A DNA stretch of 61,606 bases, the filler included, from Globobulimina sp. (Eukaryota), in the NCBI GenBank assembly GCA_003354225.1. It is 16 parts of 16 records of this genome, joined end to end, with 100 filler letters (N's around TTAATTAATTAA, not from the genome) between each part and the next. Parts side by side here need not be neighbours in the genome. Positions count along the whole stretch, not along the records: positions 11,582 to 15,340 come from PIVH01002146.1; positions 15,441 to 19,199 come from PIVH01002147.1; positions 19,300 to 23,058 come from PIVH01002148.1; 13 more parts are not named here. One strand, given 5' to 3'. Of this stretch, positions 11,582 to 21,734 are shown one piece after another. The first letter of the stretch is position 1, and each line of letters starts with the position of its first letter. The position numbers and the translations under genes were made by a program. The notes beneath the pieces are model-generated. The model was not told where the DNA came from. It worked only from the letters and a program-made list of their open reading frames with translations, and did no database searches.

Positions 11582-14500
11582 GAACTCAAAAATCGACATC
11601 CTAAGAAATAATGTATCAACCCTAAAGCCTTCAATCATCTGTTGCGTCGAAACGAAATATAAATCAGCTTTACAAATCGACAAAATAGAAAATTATGATG
11701 GCTTTCATAAATTTCAGACCGGAAAAGAATCCGGAGGAATAACAATCTGGGGGCTAAATTCAATCAATCCCACTAAATTAGATATTGACGGTGCCAACGA
11801 TACTATCAGTAACCTATATCAATGGATATTGATACAAAATAACGGACCTACAGCTATATGTGCAGTATATTGGAAAAATCAAACATTTCCTAAAGCTAAA
11901 GAAATCAACACAGATTTATACAAACGCCTTTTAAATCACATAGAATGGTGTACCACTAATAACTACGAAGTCATCATAATCGGGGACTTTAATGGTCATA
12001 TCGGTAATGACGAATATGGTATAGAAGGTAATCTAAATACAATCAATTCTAACGGCTTATTAGTAAGAGAATTTATAAAATCATGCAATTTGCATCTTGC
12101 CAATAACAATCCAATAACTGAAGGAAAATGGACATGGGGAATGAGACGAAACAATCCTAAAATTCTTGATCTTTTATTTCATTCTAAACTAAGCAAAACA
12201 ACTAAAATGCAGATAGACGAAGACAATTGGACATTGGGGACTGGAAACGGCGATCATTGTTTTATCTATTGCGAAATGAATATATTCCAACACAATATGA
12301 ACAAAAATCTAAATCTTAATGATAAAGTTATACCAAAATGGAATATAAATGATGATAGTGACTGGACTGGCTATAAAGAAAAACTAAAATCCCTATCTAC
12401 TAATCAAAATATCGATAATCTAACTATACACAATATCATCGAAAATATGACAATAGCTGGTGAATCAACTATTGGACATAAAAAGAAACCTGGACAAAAG
12501 AAAAGACTTTCGAATAAAGCAAAAAAAATTAAACAGAATATCACCGAAATTAGGAAGAAACTACGACATAAAGACGGTGACCAAAAAGAAAATCTTACTA
12601 AACTTTTCGAATTGACAATGGAACAAAGAATCCTTCGACGAAAGACCGAAATGGCAAGAATCGAAAAAGCCCATAACAAATGGCTAAATAATCCAAAACG
12701 AAAGTTTTCACAACTATATAGTAGTATGAAAACCTTAAAACGTGGCATACCCGAACCAGTAACATTAATAGACGAAAATAAAAAACCAATAAATGGAAAA
12801 GAAAAAATAAATACTCATCTATCAAACTTTTGGAATGATATTTTCTCCCTAGGCTTATGGCCTGAGGCTAATAACGAAATGAAACGATTAGGATTGGATA
12901 ACATCATCAAAGGTGCTGATAGAATGGAACTTGAAAATGAGATAACTATCAAAGAACTCAATAATTCAATCAAACGACTTAAAAATTGTACATCTGCGGG
13001 TACCACTAACATTCCGCCAGAATTTATCAAAAACTGGCCGGAAGAAACAAAAAATCAAACTCTAACATTATTTAATAAATGGTACAGTACTGGATTTTTT
13101 CCCGATATTGGTAAAACACAAAATGTAACGCTATTACATAAAAAAGGTTCTAAAAGCGATATCAAAAATTATAGAACACTATGCCTTGGTTGCAATCTTT
13201 GTAAAGTCTATCTTACTATATTAACTAAACGTATTGAGGAAATCACCGAAAAACGAAATTTATTAGGATATATTCAACATGGATTTCGAGCAAACAAACG
13301 AATTGAAGATTGTATATTAGTTATCGATCATACTATAAATAAAGCTAAAATAGGACGATCTCAATCTAACCAAGCTATAATAGCATTACTCGACATTTGC
13401 AAAGCCTATGATAGAGTCTGGAGAGAAGGCCTATGGAAGAAACTACGGGACTATGGATTCCCAGAACAACTAGTACGGGCCATTGAAAGTAGCTATCACA
13501 ATCCTGGTGCCATCATATCATTTCAAAATCAAAATACTGAACGACTATCAATGAACGTAGGACTTCGCCAAGGATGTACTATGTCACCCATATTATGGGC
13601 ATTATTCATAGCTGATTTAGGAAAAGAAATTGAAAAATCGAACTTAGGTATAACAATCGGACCAAATCACGAAAACAAAAATTTATCGGGTATCTTTTTT
13701 GCTGACGATATGCTACTATTTGCAGCCTCAGAATCCAAAATGGAAAAATTATTATCCATTGTCGGTAATTATGCTCAAAGATGGAAAATAGAATTTTCAG
13801 GACCAAAAAGTATGATAATTCCATTAAAACGCGATATAGACGAAACCAAAAATTGGAAAATCGGAAAAATGTACATATCCGAAAATGAAGAAAAAATTAT
13901 CAACATTCATGAACAAACCGAAGCTAAATATTTAGGAATCACAATCAACAAACACAGAGGCAGTATGTTTCAAAAACATAGAAATGATCTTAGAATAAGA
14001 ACTGAACGAGAAACTACAAGATGCTATAGACCAGCGATCGCAACTGCAAGATCTGTACTATATGGAACGAAAATATGGGAAGTATATGTGGTACCTAAAA
14101 TCCTACATGGAATATCTGCAATAACCTATTCTAATAATACCTTTACAGGAATCGAAATCCAACAACGAGAATTTATCCGAACAATATCGAAACTACCAAG
14201 ACATACACATAGAGCTGTTATATACGGCGAAACTAAACTTCTTCCTATGCAAATGGAAGCTGACAAACGAACTATGAACTATCTTCAACATCTAAAAAAA
14301 CTAAACAATGACAACATAGCAAAAATTGTTCTATTAGAACAATGGGAAACCTATATTATGGATCCAAACGTAACTACGTGGTTAAAACATACAATAAATA
14401 TTTATAATAAATATAACCTCGATCATAACGAAATACTAACCAAATCTACAATACGAAATAAAGTACGTGAAAAATGGCTATTAGAATATCAAACCATGCT

Positions 14501-15340
14501 TGAAGAATCATCAACTTTACGATTATACAAAAATAAAATAATTCCAAAGATAAACAATAAACTAAATATGAATGAAGGTGGAGAATACTGGTTAAAAGCA
14601 AAAGCCGGATCACTTTTACTAAACGATCGAACAAACAATGTATGTACTCGATGCAATCTAAATATTATCGAAAACTTAGAACATATGTTATGGACATGTC
14701 CAACGAATATGCTAAATAACGAAATTACATTTAAACTAAAATCCTTATGGGGATCACTTCCATCTACGATTAACAATGAACATAAACCATCCGAAATACC
14801 AACTTCTATAACCAATTTTATTTCAACAGCCACAAAATGGGTATTAGATGACAAAATACATGGCACAATACAAAATATGGTTGGATTTATCATTAAGAAA
14901 ATATACAGCTTACGACCTGAAATCATAGTATATAATACTATGATTCAAAGAGATACTACGAAATTGCCAAAAACAAAAATGAAAAAGAAAATACAAAAAC
15001 GAAATCATCAAAATCTACAAAATAACGATATACAAAAACAACTATCTCCTAAAAATAGAGAAGGTATAACCTGAAATCGAAAAAAAAATAAAATAAATAT
15101 ATAGTGCCAAATAACTGTATCTGTGATTAATGATAATAATAATTTCATTGTATGTAATTTTATTGTCAAAGCTATACTTATATTATAAGTGCTTATCAAA
15201 ATAAACTTTATCTTCCAAAAACTATCTTCCAAGTAACTAACTAAGTTTAAGAGCAAAACTTAGTTACTTACTAATTACTTACTAGGTTTTGTGCCGATCG
15301 CCATAACTAACTAATTACTAACTAAGTTTCGAAAATTTTC
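11582..15340 (+). mobile_element. Non-LTR retrotransposon (LINE), 5'-truncated by contig edge
   Basis: APE-RT-CCHC ORF followed by an AT-rich 3' region with TAAC/TTAC simple repeats. Confidence 0.9.
11583..15074 (+). CDS. LINE ORF2: APE endonuclease + reverse transcriptase + C-terminal CCHC knuckle
   Basis: Frame is open from the contig edge (SIICCVETK). APE motifs GDFNGH, ILDLLF, GDH; RT motifs KNYRTL, QHGFR, LDICKAYD, GLRQGCTMSP, FADD, KYLGI; knuckle CTRC...EHMLWTC. Confidence 0.93.
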   Translation, partial: NSKIDILRNNVSTLKPSIICCVETKYKSALQIDKIENYDGFHKFQTGKESGGITIWGLNSINPTKLDIDGANDTISNLYQWILIQNNGPTAICAVYWKNQTFPKAKEINTDLYKRLLNHIEWCTTNNYEVIIIGDFNGHIGNDEYGIEGNLNTINSNGLLVREFIKSCNLHLANNNPITEGKWTWGMRRNNPKILDLLFHSKLSKTTKMQIDEDNWTLGTGNGDHCFIYCEMNIFQHNMNKNLNLNDKVIPKWNINDDSDWTGYKEKLKSLSTNQNIDNLTIHNIIENMTIAGESTIGHKKKPGQKKRLSNKAKKIKQNITEIRKKLRHKDGDQKENLTKLFELTMEQRILRRKTEMARIEKAHNKWLNNPKRKFSQLYSSMKTLKRGIPEPVTLIDENKKPINGKEKINTHLSNFWNDIFSLGLWPEANNEMKRLGLDNIIKGADRMELENEITIKELNNSIKRLKNCTSAGTTNIPPEFIKNWPEETKNQTLTLFNKWYSTGFFPDIGKTQNVTLLHKKGSKSDIKNYRTLCLGCNLCKVYLTILTKRIEEITEKRNLLGYIQHGFRANKRIEDCILVIDHTINKAKIGRSQSNQAIIALLDICKAYDRVWREGLWKKLRDYGFPEQLVRAIESSYHNPGAIISFQNQNTERLSMNVGLRQGCTMSPILWALFIADLGKEIEKSNLGITIGPNHENKNLSGIFFADDMLLFAASESKMEKLLSIVGNYAQRWKIEFSGPKSMIIPLKRDIDETKNWKIGKMYISENEEKIINIHEQTEAKYLGITINKHRGSMFQKHRNDLRIRTERETTRCYRPAIATARSVLYGTKIWEVYVVPKILHGISAITYSNNTFTGIEIQQREFIRTISKLPRHTHRAVIYGETKLLPMQMEADKRTMNYLQHLKKLNNDNIAKIVLLEQWETYIMDPNVTTWLKHTINIYNKYNLDHNEILTKSTIRNKVREKWLLEYQTMLEESSTLRLYKNKIIPKINNKLNMNEGGEYWLKAKAGSLLLNDRTNNVCTRCNLNIIENLEHMLWTCPTNMLNNEITFKLKSLWGSLPSTINNEHKPSEIPTSITNFISTATKWVLDDKIHGTIQNMVGFIIKKIYSLRPEIIVYNTMIQRDTTKLPKTKMKKKIQKRNHQNLQNNDIQKQLSPKNREGIT

Positions 15341-15442
15341 NNNNNNNNNNNNNNNNNNNNNNNNNNNNNNNNNNNNNNNNNNNNTTAATTAATTAANNNN
15401 NNNNNNNNNNNNNNNNNNNNNNNNNNNNNNNNNNNNNNNNGA

Positions 15443-16207
15443 CAGGTAGTCTGCTATGATATTTATTACTTGGCGATGGCTGACCTGGGAGACATGAGCA
15501 GTTTGAAAACATTTAACAATGGATATAGATATATACTTCTGCTGGTTGATGTGCTTTCGAAAATGATTTGGACACGTCCACTAAAAAGAAAAACTGGCGA
15601 AGAAACAACGGAAGCCATGGCAAGCATATTCGACTCTCTACCCCAGGACAAAATGTTTCTAAAGCTGCAAACAGACGCTGGATCCGAATTTTACAACAAG
15701 CCTATGAAACAGCTTATGCGAAAGAACGGTATAACAATGTTCCATACTGAAAACTACGATGTCAAAGCCTCGGTCGCAGAAGTGAACATAAGAATTCTGA
15801 AGCATAGACTGTGGCGTTATATGGATGGTAAAAATACGAAGAGATGGGTGGATGTTCTTAATTCAATCACCGAGAGCAGAAATTCTACAGTATTTCCAGG
15901 TCACAAATTTAGACCGATCGATGTAAATGAGATGAATGCCAGTCAAGTCTTTCGGAGACTATATCCCAAACTGTCCCGAGGACTCAGACGATTTCCCCTA
16001 AAACATAAATATGATGTTGGCCAAAAAGTGAAACTCAGTGTTCTAAGAAATCCCTTGGTCCACGCATTCTATGGTACTTATACCGAAGAAACCTATGTCA
16101 TACGTTCGAAACTTAATACCGATCCAGTCACTTACCGCATATCTAACGACGAAGGCGATGCGATGAGAGGAACTGTTTACGAGGACGAAGTGCTTCCCAT
16201 TTATTGA
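15443..16207 (+). CDS. Polinton-type retroviral-like (rve) DDE integrase, 5'-truncated
   Basis: ADLGDM...NNGYRYILLLVDVLSK, LQTDAGSEF, KASVAE; C-terminal KYDVGQKVKLS...TEETYVI...GTVYEDEV. Confidence 0.9.
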   Translation, partial: QVVCYDIYYLAMADLGDMSSLKTFNNGYRYILLLVDVLSKMIWTRPLKRKTGEETTEAMASIFDSLPQDKMFLKLQTDAGSEFYNKPMKQLMRKNGITMFHTENYDVKASVAEVNIRILKHRLWRYMDGKNTKRWVDVLNSITESRNSTVFPGHKFRPIDVNEMNASQVFRRLYPKLSRGLRRFPLKHKYDVGQKVKLSVLRNPLVHAFYGTYTEETYVIRSKLNTDPVTYRISNDEGDAMRGTVYEDEVLPIY

Positions 16208-16210
16208 TGC

Positions 16211-16484
16211 ATGTCATCATTTTGTCATCATTTTTAAACTATTAATATCGTGAGTCAGTTTTCATCCATCATCATTAAGTTATGGATATCGAAACGGGCG
16301 GAGACATGGCTCCCAAAAGTGATAAGCCTAAAAAGATGATCGTCAAAAAGTCCAAGGCCAAGAAATCGACCGAGATTTGCGCCATTTGCCGTAATCGAAT
16401 AGCCGACCTTGTTAAGAAGCCAAAGAACAAGAAGCGAAACATCCCCAAAAAATGATGACGATGATGATGCAAAAATGATGACAT
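16211..16484. repeat. Paired inverted repeats (2x TGTCATCATTTT left, 2x AAAAATGATGAC right) bracketing a small ORF
   Basis: Left copies within 16211-16235; right copies at 16448-16459 and 16471-16484. Confidence 0.75.
16282..16455 (+). CDS. 57-aa lysine-rich basic protein with CxxC (absent from ORF track)
   Basis: MDIETGGDMAPKSDKPKKMIVKKSKAKKSTEICAICRNRIADLVKKPKNKKRNIPKK*; fills the gap between integrase and ATPase. Confidence 0.55.
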   Translation: MDIETGGDMAPKSDKPKKMIVKKSKAKKSTEICAICRNRIADLVKKPKNKKRNIPKK

Positions 16485-16489
16485 TTGTA

Positions 16490-16497
16490 TATAAATA
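16490..16497 (+). promoter_or_regulatory. TATA box candidate for the ATPase gene
   Basis: TATAAATA starting 36 nt upstream of ATG 16526; the same octamer at 17307-17314 starts 33 nt upstream of ATG 17340. Confidence 0.45.
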
Positions 16498-16525
16498 TGA
16501 TTACTGTATCGCTACATAAATAAAA

Positions 16526-17311
16526 ATGTTTGACTGTAGATTTGTACACCCTTTTTCCTTATGTTTGTTTGGAAGCACCGGCTGCGGCAAGTCTTCGGTA
16601 AGAAATATAATCAGTAAATCACAATCATCCATACATTTATTTTTTCTAGTTCATCCAAAGTATTTTATCTAAATCTCTCACATACGGCACAGTAGAATGG
16701 GATACGATAATGTTGTGTTACGGAGCCGATCAGCCCATGTACAATGATTGGTTTAAGTATGGTAAAACATTTATCTATCATCGTGGGTGGCCGGACGAAT
16801 CGATCGTAGAACGCTACTTGAAGAACGATGGCAACAACCTACTCATATTCGATGACTTAGAAGAATCTGTGATCAAAAACGTTAAAGCCTCCAATCAACT
16901 GATGAAATTGTTTACAGTATACAGGTGAGTGGGACAAGACACAAAAAAAAAACGATTCTTAAATGTATATGTTTCAGGCACCACTGGGGAGTGAGCGTGA
17001 TATGGGTAACACACCATCTGTTTTCAAAACATGACTCCAATACTTGCATACAAAGAAACACCCAGTATCTCGTGTTGATGTCAAGCCCGAGAGACAAGAC
17101 AGCCATCTCAAAACTTGGTTCCCAAATGGATGTCGGTTATGGCCCCTTCCTTTTGTCAGCCTACAAAGATGCTGTCAAGAAAGCCGGAGACTTTCTGTTG
17201 ATCGATCTGAGACCCGACACACCGGAAAAATATAGGATCAGGGAAACCGTCACAAATGAGGGATGCATTGTGCGGTATGAGATGAAGAAAAAGGATGAAG
17301 CGAAACTATAA
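16526..17311 (+). CDS. Polinton A32/FtsK-like DNA packaging ATPase, 3 exons, 226 aa
   Basis: Exons 16526-16597, 16650-16924, 16978-17311. Walker A GSTGCGKS, Walker B LLIFDD, FTVYRHH-WGVSVIWVTH, NTQYLVLMSSPRD, FLLIDLRP. Introns GTAAGA...TTCTAG (52 nt) and GTGAGT...TTTCAG (53 nt). Confidence 0.88.
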
Positions 17312-17339
17312 ATAGCCCATTAACTAGTCAATTTCAATT

Positions 17340-17651
17340 ATGTCTAGTGTAGCCGGTCATAACGTGTACGACAACTGGAACGCCTTGTTATTATTGTGTG
17401 AGCCAGGTCTAAGCAAACGCCTATATTCAACATTGTTGGATGAGAAAAAGTTGTTGGTTCAAGCATTGGCCGAACTCATAGTCAACGCCGAAGTACTCGA
17501 TCAAAAGATCAAGAAGGGTGATTTGAAAATTTTCGAAAAAGGATCAACTAAGAAGAAACGTGAACTGTTGCTCAAACATCACTATAGACTCAAAGTTGTG
17601 CCCAAAGTCTGCCAAGCCGGTGTGAAATATCTCAAAGATGGAAGCGGTTAG
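17340..17651 (+). CDS. Small Maverick-associated hypothetical protein
   Basis: 103 aa; LVQALAELIVN...KKKRELL resembles, from memory, the small ORF that follows Maverick ATPases. Confidence 0.6.
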   Translation: MSSVAGHNVYDNWNALLLLCEPGLSKRLYSTLLDEKKLLVQALAELIVNAEVLDQKIKKGDLKIFEKGSTKKKRELLLKHHYRLKVVPKVCQAGVKYLKDGSG

Positions 17652-17955
17652 AGTTGTGGAATATCCCGACAAACTCATGAAAGAAGATTTCATGGGCTAT
17701 TTAAAAAGTGAAAAGGCCAAAAAGCTTCTGGATCGGTTGTGGCCCTTTATAAAGATGGATCCTGATGGACGAATTCTCTACAAAGGTGACGACGACGGAG
17801 AATACAACCCTGGAAGTCCCTTGATCGATTTGATAGAATACACGACAGTGGATGATAGAGCCTCGGTTGATCGACCAATCGATATCAAAATGTTTTGGAA
17901 CATTTTGATGTCCAACAATATAGTTGAAAGTGATAAAAAGTGGATTAAACTGTAA
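17638..17955 (+). CDS. Small Maverick-associated hypothetical protein (GS-x-x-x-DL type)
   Basis: KAKKLLDRL...DGRILYKG...PGSPLIDLI...RPID...F.NIL.SNN...WIKL resembles a conserved Maverick ORF; 14-nt overlap with the previous ORF. Confidence 0.65.
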   Translation: MEAVRVVEYPDKLMKEDFMGYLKSEKAKKLLDRLWPFIKMDPDGRILYKGDDDGEYNPGSPLIDLIEYTTVDDRASVDRPIDIKMFWNILMSNNIVESDKKWIKL

Positions 17956-17986
17956 TCGTTTATTGAGTATAATAAAATATTTACAA

Positions 17987-19178
17987 TCACATATCTTCTG
18001 CGACAGTTGTCAATTTACGCTTTCGTTTGTTATACAGTTCTTTCCGTTTGTCGGAGAGAATGGTTCCATTTGCGTACAAGGCATCCACAACTGAATTAAT
18101 GTGCTCCGGACAAGTCAAAGCCTTGATAACATTTTGTTGAACGTCTCCAATGGTCAACAAAGCCATATCTAGACAAAAAATGAAATCGTAAGTCAAGTCG
18201 TGAAAAAACGTTTACCGGTATCCTCGGCCAACAAATCGATGAGCACAGCTTTTCTGTTTATATGTCTGTACATGTCCTTGGTAGCGACCACCCATTCGGT
18301 CTCACGCTTTTTTCCCCACTCTGAAAAAGGTATAACTAAGAAAAGAATTCGAACGAAACTGCGTACTTGCGGGATCTTGATCGACTTGAGTCAAAGTCGA
18401 GCTAACCAAATATTTTTCGCTCCACCGCTTCAAATATCTGCGGACTTCCTCAACTTTTTTCGCCTGATCCGATCTGGCGAAGCGTTTGTGCTCCTCTAAC
18501 CAAACCAATCTGTCAAACAGCCCCTTGGCCAACTTTTTCAGAGATACCAAGTTGTCGCCCAAGACAATGGTTTCGTATCGGCGTAGAGATCCTCCACCGG
18601 ACTCTGTAAGAATGAGCATATATATATATACAAACGACGTTTTTGTGGGTTGACTCACCATACATGCTTACGGTAGACAACTTGAATGTTCTTCCCTGTT
18701 TGCGCAGAATTCTTCCTCGTCTCAACGGATCGATATTCAACAAGTAATTTTCTTGTTTCGGTTTACCGTCGTCCGATACAATCAAGTTGTTCAGTTCTTC
18801 CATTTCGACCAAGTTGAGTGTTACGGAAGTATCCAACTTCTCCATGCCTCCGGCAGGTGGATCTTGGCCATTGTGAAATTGTCTGTTCCAGTACATATCC
18901 ACCATTTCGTCGATGCCGAGGCTGCCATCGGAATAAGATCCGAAGGTAACCTGAAAATCATAAATATAATAAATCAACAAAAAAAGAAAGAGTTAATTTA
19001 CCTTGGCTTCGTTCAAATGCATCAGAGTTCGAGCGTAGACACCTTTGCCGAGCGAAAAGAGAATTCCTTCCGGCCACGCAGAAACGGGCTTGTCCAGCCA
19101 AGAATCGTCGACCGGATTCACCGTCGGTTTGACACTTTCCCAAACGTCGATATTTATAATATTTGCTCGTGCCGCCAT
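17987..19178 (-). CDS. Five-exon 330-aa Polinton accessory protein, possibly PC4-like ssDNA-binding, with C-terminal NLS
   Basis: Exons 19002-19178, 18659-18950, 18367-18603, 18216-18320, 17987-18168 (993 nt in total). Four GT-AG introns of 51, 55, 46 and 47 nt; all phases are consistent. Confidence 0.75.
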
Positions 19179-19299
19179 TATTTCTAAATAAGAAACCTCN
19201 NNNNNNNNNNNNNNNNNNNNNNNNNNNNNNNNNNNNNNNNNNNTTAATTAATTAANNNNNNNNNNNNNNNNNNNNNNNNNNNNNNNNNNNNNNNNNNNN

Positions 19300-21586
19300 A
19301 TACGAAGACGACATGAAACAGGCGGTCCAGGACGCAAAGCAACGCACGAAACGGATTAAAAAAGTGAGTGATGAGATAAGTAAAATAGGGCAGCAATTAG
19401 CGGATGGTTTTAATGAGGAAGATATTGAAAACGCGAAGCGAGAGAAACACGGCATAACTAACGGACAATTAAAACAAGTGCGTCGTGAAAGAAATGCAAT
19501 CGATCACAAGTTGGGGGATGTAAATAATAAGAAACAAAACATCGACAGCAATCTGCAACAAATTGAGCAGCAATTGGAGAGTATGGAGAATGTCTCAAAA
19601 CGGAGAGATGCGCACATATTTAATTCGCATCGTGCCAACGAGAAGAGATTCAAACAATGGGTCGATTCGCACAAACATGAGTTTAAGGGCGAGGTATTTG
19701 GGCCGATTGTGAAAGAAATGACGGTTAAAAATGATTTGCACGCCAAATATTTGAATAATTTGATCTCTCAAACCACATATTATGGCTATGTCTGCCAAGA
19801 CTCCCAAGATTGGCAGCGATTATTACGCAAATCACAAGAGATGAAGCTACAATGTACCATATTTACGTCGGCCGCGGATAATAATAATCAGAATGCCGAG
19901 TATCGACCGCGGAGAGCCATGGCTGTGGACACTTTGCGTGGATTTGGAGTGGACGGATATTTAGATTCTGTGTTTGATGCACCTGCCATTATCAAAAAAG
20001 TATTGAATGACAGTCATGGTTTACATCAACGTGGCTATGCTATGGATGACATTGATAATAATTGCTTGGACTCTGTGCTGATGACACAAAAGGGAGAAAG
20101 TGGCAAATTACAGTCGTTAATTACACCAACGGCGTTTTATAATGTTCGCCAGAGTCGATATAGTAATAATATTTTGCGCGCCTGCGATAATTTGAAAGAT
20201 TGGGGAAATAGATCCATTTTAAAGAAAACGCAAGATTTCTCGCAGCAAATCCATGCAAAACAGCAACAAAGAGATGGATTATTGCAGCAATTTGACAATA
20301 TTCAACAGGAAAAAAAACAGTTAGAATATAATAAAAAAGAGTCCATCCGTAAAATCACGCAGTTGGCGGATAAAAAAAAGGCGTTGGAGGATAAAATCGG
20401 AGCCTTTGTCGCATTGAAAAAGAAATTGAAGAGAAAAGAGAGAGATTTGCGAGATTTAGAAAATAAGGAGGAAAATCCAGAGGAAATGCAGAAAAAATCT
20501 ACGGTATTAATTGAGAAAGAAAATATTGTGCGGGTTAAAATATTCAAACAGTTGGCCAATGATATTGAATCATTGACAAATTCAATGAAACAAAGCATTG
20601 TATATCGTATAAGCAAGAAATATTACAATGCGGAATCGAAATTTATTGAGACGAAAATCATAAAAATCAATAAACGAAATAAAGAGTTACGCAAAGAATT
20701 AGATGCCAGCAAAAGAGACGAAAAACAGTTACACGATCAATATGAAAATAGCATTCATTCCGCGTCTCGTAAATATCCACGAAATCGATTTGTGGCATTA
20801 TGGAGTGACGAGGATAAGGCATTGAATGTGGAGGGAATTGAGGGGAAAATAAATCATTTACAGGGAAGGATCAACATATTATTGATTGATGAAGAAAGAG
20901 TGAATCGATACAATCGATTATTAAAAACCATTGAGTCACTAAATAAGAAGTTGCAGAAATTAGAGGCTGACCAATCCAACGAAGAAACGGCGATAAAGGA
21001 CATTGAAAATCGGTGGAAACCAAAATTATTAGAGGCTGTGGAGAAAATATCTGTGAAATTTGGTGAGTTTTTCGCGCAGTTTAATAAGGCGGAGGGCAAA
21101 GTTGTTTTGGTGGAGGCTGAATTTTATAGTGATTGGTGCATTGATATATTGACCAAATTCCGAGCTGATCAGCCATGGAAACGGTTGACCTCTTCCTCGC
21201 AATCTGGCGGTGAAAAGTCTGTGTCGACCATGTTGTATTTGTTATCATTGCAGCAAGTCACGACTGTGCCATTTCGTGTGGTGGACGAAATAAATCAAGG
21301 CATGGACCCAATAAATGAGAGGCGGATTATGCAAATATTAAACTATGAATGCACGCCGAAACGAAAAGGGGTCAGCCATTTGCCACAATATTTTGTGGTG
21401 ACACCCAAATTATTACCAAAATTGGATTATTCTCCATGTTCGTCTGTTTATTTTATATTTAATGGACCATTCCAAATGGGTCAGTTTTATTGGACTCCGG
21501 ATGTATTCGTACAAACACAAAAAGCATTGATGCAAAATGAAGATGATGAGGAAACGGAAGAGGAAGAGGAAGAAGAAAGTGATTGA
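19300..21586 (+). CDS. SMC5: Structural maintenance of chromosomes protein 5, C-terminal portion
   Basis: Hinge region (GEVFGPI), coiled coils, signature QSGGEKSVSTMLYLLSLQ, Walker B/D-loop FRVVDEINQGMDPINER, QYFVVTPKLL. Confidence 0.93.
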
Positions 21587-21734
21587 TTTGATTTCTTGTT
21601 GTTTTTGTATGTTGTCAATAGTTATTAGTATTTTACAGTATTTTTTGATATGATTCATTTCTTAAATTAAACATTTAATACAGTTTTGGCGTTTTTTTTT
21701 TAAGTTGAGAGTAGAAGGAAGTATATTTTTACGT

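Larger units (their letters stand above)
15441..19199. mobile_element. Maverick/Polinton (adintovirus-like) element fragment
   Basis: Polinton-type integrase, A32-like ATPase and two small ORFs resembling those usually found beside them. No pPolB, capsid or TIR on this short contig. Confidence 0.85.
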
